Assembly: GCA_963663225.1 (NCBI GenBank)
Contig: OY760142.1
Location: 2,336,001 to 2,400,000, forward strand
Direction of reading: 5' to 3'
Length of the DNA stretch: 64,000 nucleotides
From: Nitrospirota bacterium
Lineage (GTDB): Bacteria > Nitrospirota > UBA9217
Below, piece by piece: positions 52,014 through 60,926 of the stretch. Both the position numbers and the translations under genes were made by a program. The notes below the pieces were generated by a model that was given only the letters and a program-made list of their open reading frames with translations, was not told the origin of the DNA and made no database searches. The first letter of the stretch is position 1. Each line of letters begins with the position of its first letter.

Positions 52014-53321
52014 ATGAAATATTTTCACATTATTACCTTCGGTTGCCAGATGAACGAGCACGATTCAGAGCGAATGACGGGTGTCCTCGAAGCGCAGGGA
52101 TTTTGGCCTTCTGAAATTGATAAAGCAGACATGATTATCTTGAACACATGCAGCATTCGTGAAAAGGCAGAGCAAAAGTTCTACAGTGAACTCGGTCGGC
52201 TGAAACAGCTGAAGGATTCAAAGCCGGATCTGAAAATAGCGGTTGCAGGTTGTATTGCGCAGCAGGAAGGCGAACATATTCTTGCACGCGCTCCCTATGT
52301 CAATGTGGTGTTCGGCCCGTCGGATATAGCAAAACTTCCGGGTATGATTGACAATTTGACACGGTATACAAAGCCCGTGATAGACACGAGTGGAGATCCC
52401 CAGTACCATTTAAAACACCTGCCTACGGCCCGGGCTGATACAATAAAAGCTTGGGTGTCGATTATGTACGGTTGCGACAATTTCTGCACCTATTGCGTGG
52501 TTCCTTACCTGCGCGGCAGAGAGCGCTCACGCCCTCCCGAAGAAATTGTAAGCGAAATACGGGATCTTGTGCAAAATGGTTATAAAGAAGTCACCCTGCT
52601 GGGGCAGAATGTGAATTCCTATGGCAAGGGATCGGAAACCAAGGCGGATTTTCCCACGCTGCTCAGAATGGTAAATGATCAAACCGGTATTGAGCGCATA
52701 CGGTTTGTAACGTCTCATCCGCGGGACCTTTCGGAAGACCTGATAATCGCTATTCGCGACCTTGACCATGTTTGCGAGTCGTTGCACCTGCCTATTCAGA
52801 GCGGAGCAGACTCCGTTCTCAAAGCCATGAACAGAGGGTACACACGAGAAGATTATCTGCACAAGGTGCACATGTTGAGGCAGGCGGTGCCGGATATCGC
52901 GCTTACCACGGACATCATCGTCGGGTTTCCCGGAGAATCAGAACATGACTTTGCAATGACGATTGATCTTCTTGAGGAAACCGGTTTTGACGGCATTTTT
53001 GCGTTCAAATATTCCAAAAGACCTGGTACGGCTGCGCTCAAACTTTCGGATCAGGTTCCTGATTCAATAAAAGAGAAAAGACTGTCTCGTGTACTTGCGC
53101 TGCAGAAAAAAATCACTCAGGGGAAAAACCAACAGCAGGTGAACACGACCAAGGAAATTCTGATAGATGGATTCAGCAAAAAAGGCGGAAAACTGACCGG
53201 CAGAACAAGAGGAAACAGAGTAGTGAATATTGAAGGGGCCGCTGATCTCATGGGCTCAATTGTACAGGCAAAAATTACTGCGGCAGGCGCGAATTCCCTC
53301 TCGGGGCGTATATGCGAATAG
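52014..53321 (+). CDS. miaB: tRNA-i6A37 methylthiotransferase
   Basis: TFGCQMN..DSE; NTCSIREKAE; GCDNFCTYC; TRAM domain. Confidence 0.95.
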   Translation: MKYFHIITFGCQMNEHDSERMTGVLEAQGFWPSEIDKADMIILNTCSIREKAEQKFYSELGRLKQLKDSKPDLKIAVAGCIAQQEGEHILARAPYVNVVFGPSDIAKLPGMIDNLTRYTKPVIDTSGDPQYHLKHLPTARADTIKAWVSIMYGCDNFCTYCVVPYLRGRERSRPPEEIVSEIRDLVQNGYKEVTLLGQNVNSYGKGSETKADFPTLLRMVNDQTGIERIRFVTSHPRDLSEDLIIAIRDLDHVCESLHLPIQSGADSVLKAMNRGYTREDYLHKVHMLRQAVPDIALTTDIIVGFPGESEHDFAMTIDLLEETGFDGIFAFKYSKRPGTAALKLSDQVPDSIKEKRLSRVLALQKKITQGKNQQQVNTTKEILIDGFSKKGGKLTGRTRGNRVVNIEGAADLMGSIVQAKITAAGANSLSGRICE

Positions 53322-54586
53322 CGTTTACGACCCTTGGCTGCAAAATAAATCAGGTAGAAACCGATTTGCTGCGCAGAAATTTCGAAGCGCGTGGGGACAG
53401 CATTGTTCCGTTCAGTGCAGATGCTGATGTTTATGTCATCAACACCTGCTCGGTGACGGCAAAGAGTGATTATCAGTGCAGGCAGGCGATACGGTCCGCT
53501 GTCCGTAGGAAACGGGGGGCCAAGGTTGTTGTTACAGGCTGCTATGCCGAGCTTCGGCCGGAGGAAATAAAAAACCTCGGCGGTGTTGATTTTGTGTTCG
53601 GTGCCAGAGAAAAAAACAAAATACCACATCTTTTTCCGACTTTTCCCGGTGCTTCTTCTCTTTCATGCCCACACAGCGCAGACGCAAATAGTATAAAAAC
53701 AACCAGCAGCAGAACACGCGGATTTCTGAAGATCCAGGATGGCTGTAACGATCAATGTTCATACTGCGTTGTCCCTCTCGCTCGGGGAGCTTCGCGCAGT
53801 GTTCCCGTGCAGGAGGTCATGTGCGAATTTGAACGACTGATACAGTCAGGCTGTCCGGAAATCGTTTTAACCGGAATTCATATCGGGACATACGGTCTGG
53901 ATCTTGCTGAAACGACGAACATTATAGTACTGCTTAAGCAACTTTTGGAGAAACGGGGCGGATCTCGGATACGACTGAGTTCCATTGAGCTGGGAGAAAT
54001 TACTGATGAACTGCTTGCGTTCCTCGGCAAGGGATTGTGCAGACATCTGCATATACCGCTCCAAAGCGGAGATGATGCAATTCTGAAGTCAATGAACAGA
54101 AAATATACGTCCGGCATGTATCAGAAACTGCTCGATGATATCGTCCTGCAAGCTCCCGGAACAGCTCTGGGCGCCGATGTCATGGTCGGCTTTCCCGGAG
54201 AAGGGAAGTTGGAATTTCAGAATACCATGCTATTGATAGAACAATCTGCTTTGACGCATCTGCACGTCTTCAGCTATTCTCCTCGTCCGGGAACCATAGC
54301 TGCGACTATGGAAGGACAGGTGCCGGAGAGTACAAAAAAAGTACGAAACAGGGAACTGCGCAAGCTTGCAGATGAAAAAAACTTATCTTTCAGAAAAAAA
54401 CACGTTGGAGTGGAAGCAACCGTTGTGATTGAGGCCAAGAAGAATAAATCAGGCTTATTGACTGGATTGACGGATAATTACATAAGACTCAGCATTTACG
54501 ATGCGAAAAAAGAGCATATAGGCAGGATTGTGAGAGCAAAAATTACCGGTGTTGAAGAACGTGAAAATTACGCTACAATTATCTAA
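53312..54586 (+). CDS. mtaB: tRNA-t6A37 methylthiotransferase
   Basis: TLGCKINQ.E; NTCSVT; KIQDGC...CSYC; HVFSYS.RPGT. Confidence 0.92.
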   Translation: MRIAFTTLGCKINQVETDLLRRNFEARGDSIVPFSADADVYVINTCSVTAKSDYQCRQAIRSAVRRKRGAKVVVTGCYAELRPEEIKNLGGVDFVFGAREKNKIPHLFPTFPGASSLSCPHSADANSIKTTSSRTRGFLKIQDGCNDQCSYCVVPLARGASRSVPVQEVMCEFERLIQSGCPEIVLTGIHIGTYGLDLAETTNIIVLLKQLLEKRGGSRIRLSSIELGEITDELLAFLGKGLCRHLHIPLQSGDDAILKSMNRKYTSGMYQKLLDDIVLQAPGTALGADVMVGFPGEGKLEFQNTMLLIEQSALTHLHVFSYSPRPGTIAATMEGQVPESTKKVRNRELRKLADEKNLSFRKKHVGVEATVVIEAKKNKSGLLTGLTDNYIRLSIYDAKKEHIGRIVRAKITGVEERENYATII

Positions 54587-54832
54587 CTATTTATAAACAT
54601 TGATATTTATGTGCTTATTTTTTAGGCAATTTGCATTTTCTTTGCAAAGACTGCACATAAAAAAGACGAATCCACAAGGTTAGTAACATGTTATTCACAG
54701 TAATTGTGTAAAGAGTGTACAAACTGTTAGTTAATAAAAGTTTTTCCGCGTTTCCTAATAGTTGCATAAAATAACAAATGCATTTTCTTGCACTACACGC
54801 GTGCAATTTTTCACAAATTTTGTTCAAATGAG

Positions 54833-55918
54833 TTATAGCGGCGAAATGTTTTCCCTTTTTAAAATATTGTATGTTGTGTCGCGATGTGCCGCTTCATAGC
54901 CGGCATCTTTTATCAAGTTCACGATTTCCTGCCTCGTCATTCTGAAGGTGATACCTGCCGCAGCTACAACATTTTCCTCAATCATGGTACTGCCGAAATC
55001 ATTTGCTCCGAATTCAAGAGCGACCTGCGCTATTTTTGCGCCTTGAGTCACCCATGATGCCTGTATATTGTCAAAATTGTCCAGCAGAATGCGCGACAGG
55101 GCGAGCACCTTTAAATATTCTACGGCGGTCGCGGTCCGTCCTCCGAGTTTTGTGTTCCCCGGCTGATACGTCCAGGGAATGAACGCAGTAAAACCGTGCG
55201 TGTCATCCTGAATGTCCCGCAGCCTTATCAGGTGTTCGACGATATCTTTTTCGGTTTCCAGACTTCCAAACATCATGGTCGCCGACGTGGGCATCCCGAG
55301 TTTATGGGCTTCCCGCATGACATCGGCCCATTGCCGCCAGCGGATCTTGTTCGGGCTGATTTTTTCCCGAACTCTGTCAACCAGAATTTCCGCACCGCCG
55401 CCAGGAATCGAATCCAGTCCTGCAGCTTGCAAGCGTTTGAGGACATCGGCTATGCCGATATTTTCCTTCTGGGAGATAAACGAAATTTCCGAAGGTGAGA
55501 GTGAATGTATCTGGATTGAAAACCGGTCTTTGATCGATGAAAACAGCTTCTCAAAGTATTCTATTCCGAGATCGGGATGCACGCCTCCCTGCATGAGAAT
55601 TTGCGTGCCGCCCTGATTGATTGTTTCTTCTATTTTTTTGAAAATTTGTTCCGCGGAGAGAATATAGGCGTCGGGACTGCCCGGTTCCCGGTAAAATGCG
55701 CAAAAGGCGCACTTGTTCACACACACATTGGTATAGTTGATGTTCCGGTCGACGATGAAGGTCACCAGCCGTTCCGGATGCAGCTGTTTCCGTACGCCGT
55801 TCGCAGCCATTCCCAATGTCAGGAGGTCGGCCTGTGTGAGCAGACGCAAACCATCGTCAGCGGTGAGACGCTTCCCTTGTAATATTTTTGTTGTTATTTT
55901 TTTTATGCTTGCGTTCAT
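54833..55918 (-). CDS. mqnC: Cyclic dehypoxanthine futalosine synthase
   Basis: VDRNINYTNVC...C.FCAF; GGTQIL.QGG; AFIPW; GANDFGSTMIEENVV. Confidence 0.93.
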   Translation of the reverse strand: MNASIKKITTKILQGKRLTADDGLRLLTQADLLTLGMAANGVRKQLHPERLVTFIVDRNINYTNVCVNKCAFCAFYREPGSPDAYILSAEQIFKKIEETINQGGTQILMQGGVHPDLGIEYFEKLFSSIKDRFSIQIHSLSPSEISFISQKENIGIADVLKRLQAAGLDSIPGGGAEILVDRVREKISPNKIRWRQWADVMREAHKLGMPTSATMMFGSLETEKDIVEHLIRLRDIQDDTHGFTAFIPWTYQPGNTKLGGRTATAVEYLKVLALSRILLDNFDNIQASWVTQGAKIAQVALEFGANDFGSTMIEENVVAAAGITFRMTRQEIVNLIKDAGYEAAHRDTTYNILKRENISPL

Positions 55919-55938
55919 GGGCGGCTACAATAACATCC

Positions 55939-57012
55939 TTATTTCCAGACCTGTACCACGTTATAGACCGTATCTCTTTCCACCGGAATGCGGTCTGCCT
56001 GTTTTATCAAGTGGAGGATTTCGTCCTTGGTCAAGCTGCCGTCTGTTGTGCCGCCCGCCGCTTTTGCGATGCGCTCTTCCACAACGGTTCCATCGAGATC
56101 GTCAACACCGAAGCTGAGCGATACCTGCGCGATTTTTTCTCCCAGCATAATCCAGTACGCCTTGATATGATCGAAATTGTCGAGCATTAGTCGGGAAACT
56201 GCGAGGGTCTTGAGATCGTCGAATCCGGTGGTGTAAACGCTTTTTTTGATTTCCGAATTCCGGGGTTGAAAACTCAAAGGAATGAATGCCTGGAAACCGC
56301 CGGTTCTGTCCTGAAGATCGCGGAGCTTGATAAGGTGATCGATTCGGTGTTCATAGGTTTCTATATGTCCGTACAGCATCGTTGCGTTGGTTTTGAGCCC
56401 GGCACGATGCGCGGTTTTTATCACTTCAAGCCATCGTTTTCCGGTGACTTTCTCAGCGCAGAGCGTATTGCGTACCGCAGGATCGAAGATTTCCGCCCCG
56501 CCTCCGGGCATTGAACCAAGCCCGGCTTCTTTTAACTTTTGGAGAGTATTTTTAAGATTCAGTCCTGATATGCTTGATAGATAATCGATTTCAACGGCGG
56601 TAAAGGCTTTTAAGTGTATTTTGGGGAATTCCCGTTTCAGGGTACGGAGCATGTCCAGATACCACTCGAAGGGGAGATCGGGATGCAGGCCGGAAACGAT
56701 ATGAAATTCCCGTATTTTTTTATGTGCGCTGCGCGCCTTGTTCAGGATGTCCTGCAGAGTCATCTCATACGCGCCGGGTTCGCCCTTGGTTTTGCTGAAT
56801 GCACAGAATTTGCAGCGATTAACGCAAATGTTCGTTGGATTGATATGCATGTTGCGGACAAAATAGACATTGTCGCCGTTTTTTTTGTGAGCAACATGCG
56901 AGGCCATGCGGCCGAGTGAAAGGATATCATTTGATTTGAACAGTTCTATCCCGTCTTTTCGGGTCAGACGTTTATTGGAAAAAACTTTTTTTTTGATTTG
57001 TTCTATCGACAT
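55939..57012 (-). CDS. mqnE: Aminofutalosine synthase
   Basis: NPTNIC...C.FCAF; HIVSGL; KAFTAVE; HIKAYW; DDLDGTV.EE. Confidence 0.93.
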   Translation of the reverse strand: MSIEQIKKKVFSNKRLTRKDGIELFKSNDILSLGRMASHVAHKKNGDNVYFVRNMHINPTNICVNRCKFCAFSKTKGEPGAYEMTLQDILNKARSAHKKIREFHIVSGLHPDLPFEWYLDMLRTLKREFPKIHLKAFTAVEIDYLSSISGLNLKNTLQKLKEAGLGSMPGGGAEIFDPAVRNTLCAEKVTGKRWLEVIKTAHRAGLKTNATMLYGHIETYEHRIDHLIKLRDLQDRTGGFQAFIPLSFQPRNSEIKKSVYTTGFDDLKTLAVSRLMLDNFDHIKAYWIMLGEKIAQVSLSFGVDDLDGTVVEERIAKAAGGTTDGSLTKDEILHLIKQADRIPVERDTVYNVVQVWK

Positions 57013-57072
57013 GTCCTATATCGCGATGTTTAAAAACAGGATTACGAGCAGTTATCAGGGATTATATATCAT

Positions 57073-58290
57073 TCATCGTGCATCAAGGATAATCTTTCCG
57101 TTGACGATGTTCATAATACAGCTTTTTGTTTCTCTGAGCAAGTCGGAATAGAGGTCTCCTGTGTCTTTCTTGGGAAGAGGAACAGCGATGAGGTCCGCCT
57201 TTTTCCCCGGCTCAAGAATTCCTATTTCCTTGTCCATCCCCAGTGCTTTTGCGCCCCCACTTGTCGCGAGCGAGAAAATGGTTTTTGGCGTTATGCCGTC
57301 TTTTTTGTGGATTTTATAAGCGTACCGCATTTCGTCCCACAGATTCAGGCTTGGTGAACTGGCCAGACTGTCTGTGCCGAGCCCCACGGTAATACCTGCG
57401 TTCAGAAATTTTTTAAGCGGCATTCTGCCCACGCGGAGTTCCCGATTGCTCCGGGGGCAGTGGGCGACGGCTGTTCCTGTTCTTCTTATCAAGCTGATGT
57501 CCGAGTCTGCTATTTGAACGGCATGAACAGCCAGAAAATCAGGAGAGAAAATTCCGAGATCATTCAGATATTCGAACGATGATGTTCCCGTTGGCGCCCA
57601 GTCAAGGTTCCAATTGGCGAATTGGTAAAGTTTTTCTAAGCTGTTTCTCTTTCGTTGAAGCAAACGGATTTCATCCTTCGACTCTGCCACATGCATGCAA
57701 AGTTTCAGTTTATGTTTCTCTGTAGTCTTTTTAATGTGATTAAGAACTTGTTCTGAGACAGTGTATGGCGAATGAGGGGACAGACCATGCTGAATCCGAC
57801 CGGTATTTTTTATTGACCGTAACGCGCGGAGTTTTTGATCTTTGTGTTTTGTGTCCATTGCAATGATCTCGTGATAGATGAGGGACCGCAGACCGCTTTG
57901 TTTAAGCAGGGAAGGACTTTCACCATGCGTACAAATTTCACCTACGGTGGTTGTGCCAGAAGTGATAATTGATTTAATATTCTCTTGCGCGGCGAAAGAG
58001 TAATCTTTGTTTGTCAGATTCCTTTTTGCAATGATGAGATTTAAAATCCAGTCGGAAAATTTTTTTGCCTGCTTTATATCCAGAAGAGGAGGCAATTCAA
58101 GGTGTGTGTGGAGATTAATCAGGCCGGGCAGAAGGACCGTTTTTTTTATGTGATGAATCCGGTGTCCCGGAAATTTTTTAATTATTTCAGACAATGATCC
58201 GACGGCTAATATGGTTCCAGTATAAACAGCCACAGCGCCGTTATGTATGATTTTGGTACCAGAAATTATGACGGAGGAGGTAACTATCAT
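57073..58290 (-). CDS. Amidohydrolase; probable aminofutalosine deaminase
   Basis: PGLIN.HTHLE; SPHSPY; HVAES; HCPRSN; GTDS; upstream of mqnE-mqnC; start 58290 or 58314. Confidence 0.72.
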   Translation of the reverse strand: MIVTSSVIISGTKIIHNGAVAVYTGTILAVGSLSEIIKKFPGHRIHHIKKTVLLPGLINLHTHLELPPLLDIKQAKKFSDWILNLIIAKRNLTNKDYSFAAQENIKSIITSGTTTVGEICTHGESPSLLKQSGLRSLIYHEIIAMDTKHKDQKLRALRSIKNTGRIQHGLSPHSPYTVSEQVLNHIKKTTEKHKLKLCMHVAESKDEIRLLQRKRNSLEKLYQFANWNLDWAPTGTSSFEYLNDLGIFSPDFLAVHAVQIADSDISLIRRTGTAVAHCPRSNRELRVGRMPLKKFLNAGITVGLGTDSLASSPSLNLWDEMRYAYKIHKKDGITPKTIFSLATSGGAKALGMDKEIGILEPGKKADLIAVPLPKKDTGDLYSDLLRETKSCIMNIVNGKIILDAR

Positions 58291-58327
58291 AATATTAATG
58301 AATGATGCTACCATTAGGCAAACATTC

Positions 58328-58373
58328 TGTCAAGAATGGTTAGATTGACATATTTTGTCACTGCAAACTGACA
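58328..58373. promoter_or_regulatory. Putative PilR-type enhancer sites
   Basis: TGTCA(58328), TGACA-TATTT-TGTCA(58346-58360), TGACA(58369), upstream of a sigma54 promoter. Confidence 0.5.
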
Positions 58374-58432
58374 AACGCAGGTATTTTGACGTGTAAATCA
58401 TATTTAACATATTGAAAAGTAATATAAATTAT

Positions 58433-58449
58433 TTGGCATATATTCTGCA
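58433..58449 (+). promoter_or_regulatory. Sigma54 -24/-12 promoter of pilin
   Basis: TTGGCATATATTCTGCA: GG(58435-36)-N10-GC(58447-48). Confidence 0.8.
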
Positions 58450-58580
58450 ATATTTGTATCAGTTTTTTCGAGGCCATTGAAAGGAGGTGAAATCCCATAA
58501 AGGCCTAAGAATTTTGCTTCAATAATTTAACCAAGCACTCAGTGATAATCTTATTAACTAATTCTATGGGAGGAAAAAGA

Positions 58581-59201
58581 ATGAAGCTGAATAAAAAAGG
58601 TTTTACCCTGATCGAGTTGTTGATTGTCGTGGCCATCATCGCCATTCTGGCGGCCATCGCCATCCCGCAGTTCAGCGCTTATCGTATCAAAGGTTACAAC
58701 GCGGCTGCTACTGCAGACTTGCGCAATGCGCGTACTGCTGAAGAGTCTTTCTTCTCTGACTGGCAGGTATATTCTTCCAGTGCTGCCGCAGGAGCGCCGG
58801 GCGTAGGTCTTGTATTAACCAACACAGCAAATAATACAGGTGCAATCGCTGCAGGTGGTATTGCTGGCGCCCCTACAAATGCTCCGAGTGCTGCCATACC
58901 CGCTCCTGGTTTCCAAATTGGTGTTTCTCAGAACGTTGGTGTTGTAATCAGCACTTCCGCTAATGGCGGTACTTTTACGATTGCATCGAAGAACCAGGCT
59001 GGTGACAGATGCTTTGGCGCGGACTCGGATTTCACTCCTGTTTATTGGGTTAACGCCCAAGTTGGTAACTCAATGCTCGCTGCCGCTAATACGGCTGCAG
59101 TTGCAAGCACGACCACGAGTGATTTCGCAGGCATAGCTGGTGTTGCACCTTGCAATGGACTCACTGGTGGCACTGGTCAACTTAGCTGGGTATCCTTGTA
59201 A
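58581..59201 (+). CDS. pilA: Type IVa major pilin
   Basis: GGAGG SD; leader MKLNKKG|FTLIELL; Geobacter-like alpha1 helix; two Cys in the C-terminal domain; own terminator. Confidence 0.93.
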   Translation: MKLNKKGFTLIELLIVVAIIAILAAIAIPQFSAYRIKGYNAAATADLRNARTAEESFFSDWQVYSSSAAAGAPGVGLVLTNTANNTGAIAAGGIAGAPTNAPSAAIPAPGFQIGVSQNVGVVISTSANGGTFTIASKNQAGDRCFGADSDFTPVYWVNAQVGNSMLAAANTAAVASTTTSDFAGIAGVAPCNGLTGGTGQLSWVSL

Positions 59202-59232
59202 AATCAAGTCAAGTGATACAACCGTCTTTTCG

Positions 59233-59260
59233 AAGGCCGGGATTCATTCCCGGCCTTTTT
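59233..59260 (+). terminator. Rho-independent terminator
   Basis: AAGGCCGGGA-TTCAT-TCCCGGCCTT followed by Ts. Confidence 0.88.
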
Positions 59261-59261
59261 C

Positions 59262-59290
59262 TTGACAACGTTTAATGCATACTATATAAT
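59262..59290 (+). promoter_or_regulatory. Consensus sigma70 promoter for the ABC genes
   Basis: TTGACA-17-TATAAT directly after the pilin terminator. Confidence 0.8.
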
Positions 59291-59373
59291 TTTTCAATTT
59301 TGAAAAGTAGTTATATATTCTATTCTTACAGTATTTCCATCCCTCAAATCTTAAAAATTATGGATACCAGCAT

Positions 59374-60114
59374 ATGATTGCTATTCAAGGAATATCGAAA
59401 GAGTTCAAAGAAGGCATTACTGGAAAAAGAATCAAAGCTTTGGAAGGACTTGACCTTGAAATCGTGCGGGGAGAAGTATTTGGTTTTCTCGGCCCGAATG
59501 GAGCAGGAAAATCAACAACAATCAAGATTCTTATGAATCTAATTTTTTCCGACACGGGAAAAGCTGAAATCGGGGGCAGGGATGTTCGTGATACAAGCGC
59601 CCGGAAACTGGTCGGCTACCTTCCGGAAAATCCTTATTTTTATGATTATCTTACCACGGAAGAATTGCTCTGGTTCGGAGGCAGGACGGCGGGTATGGGT
59701 ACAAAGAGCATCAAAGAACGCGCGGATGCTCTAATCAGCAAAGTGAATTTGCAAAACGCACGCAAAAGGCCGCTCAGGACCTATTCAAAAGGGATGGTGC
59801 AACGCGCGGGGCTTGCGCTTGCGCTCATCCATAACCCGGAGGTTATCATACTCGACGAACCCATGAGCGGTCTCGATCCTGTCGGCAGGAAAATGGTGGG
59901 CGATCTGATTCTTGAGCTGAAGGAGCAGGGCAAAACCGTCTTTTTTTCTTCTCATATTCTGAACGACATTGAGCGGTTCAGCGATCGCGCGGGGATCATC
60001 ATTAATGGCAGACTTACGCTGGTTGATACGCTCGCCAAACTTCTTTCTGAAAATAGAAATCTGGAGGACGTTTTCATGCGGGAAGTAGCGTCTGCGGGAG
60101 GTGCGGCAGCATGA
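59374..60114 (+). CDS. ABC ATPase, pilus-associated (Myxococcus PilH/Geobacter Xap-like)
   Basis: GPNGAGKST; YSKGM; LDEPMSGLDP. Confidence 0.88.
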   Translation: MIAIQGISKEFKEGITGKRIKALEGLDLEIVRGEVFGFLGPNGAGKSTTIKILMNLIFSDTGKAEIGGRDVRDTSARKLVGYLPENPYFYDYLTTEELLWFGGRTAGMGTKSIKERADALISKVNLQNARKRPLRTYSKGMVQRAGLALALIHNPEVIILDEPMSGLDPVGRKMVGDLILELKEQGKTVFFSSHILNDIERFSDRAGIIINGRLTLVDTLAKLLSENRNLEDVFMREVASAGGAAA

Positions 60115-60926
60115 ACTCACTCTGGCCTGTCGCACTCATAACATTTAAGGAAGGCATCAGAAACAGGGCAATCTACGGGATAACGCTGTTCGCGCTTCTG
60201 CTTTTTGGCGCAACTGCACTGGTTGCCACCATGATCCCAAGAGAAGTCGGCAAAGTTGCCGTGGACATGGCGCTCTCCACGATTTCTTTTACCGGTTTGC
60301 TTCTTGTTCTCTTTGTCGGGATCAACCTTATGGCAAAGGACCTTGACAAGCGGACAATTTATACTGTTCTTTCCCGGCCTATTTCCCGACCAATGTACAT
60401 TATTGGGAAATTCTTCGGCATGGCCCTTCTTATTATGGTAACGATGAGCGTGCTCAGCGTGCTGGCCATGGCGGCAATAATTTTCATGAAAGCATCCATT
60501 GCCGAGTATTTCACCCGCTTCTCCTGGTCATTGATAGCACTTTCGGTATGTTTGACGATTCTGATGCTCATCTTGCTCTCCGCGGTTTCCTTTCTCTTTG
60601 CTTCGTTCACCTCGACATCATTTGTTACGTTGGTTTTGACCATTATTACATATATCATCGGCCAGTCAATCACCGGCGTAAAAGCGCTGGTGGAGTCCTC
60701 TTCTCAGACGTTGGGGTTCGGAGTTTCTTCTGTGACGGTAAAAATGGTGCAGGCAGCCTATTATCTTTTTCCGAATCTATCACTTTTCAATATCAAACTT
60801 CAGGCAGCTCATGATCTCCCCGTATCAACATCGTATGTTGTCTGGACCGTCTTGTATGGTATTGTTTATATCGTGTTGGCAATAACGTTGGCGGCTCTTT
60901 TCTTCAGAAAGAAGGAATTCCCGTGA
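60111..60926 (+). CDS. ABC-2 permease, pilus-associated (PilI-like)
   Basis: 6 TMs; KRTIYTVLSRPISR; coupled to the ATPase. Confidence 0.85.
   Translation: MNSLWPVALITFKEGIRNRAIYGITLFALLLFGATALVATMIPREVGKVAVDMALSTISFTGLLLVLFVGINLMAKDLDKRTIYTVLSRPISRPMYIIGKFFGMALLIMVTMSVLSVLAMAAIIFMKASIAEYFTRFSWSLIALSVCLTILMLILLSAVSFLFASFTSTSFVTLVLTIITYIIGQSITGVKALVESSSQTLGFGVSSVTVKMVQAAYYLFPNLSLFNIKLQAAHDLPVSTSYVVWTVLYGIVYIVLAITLAALFFRKKEFP

Noticed and set aside
54740-54790. dif site at the convergence point
   Set aside because: Only a weak resemblance to a XerD arm (TTATGCAACT on the minus strand) and no XerC arm at 6-bp spacing.
58581-59201. Electrically conductive e-pilin
   Set aside because: Key N-terminal aromatics are present, but ~8% aromatic content and a 46-residue gap miss the commonly used heuristics, which are themselves disputed.
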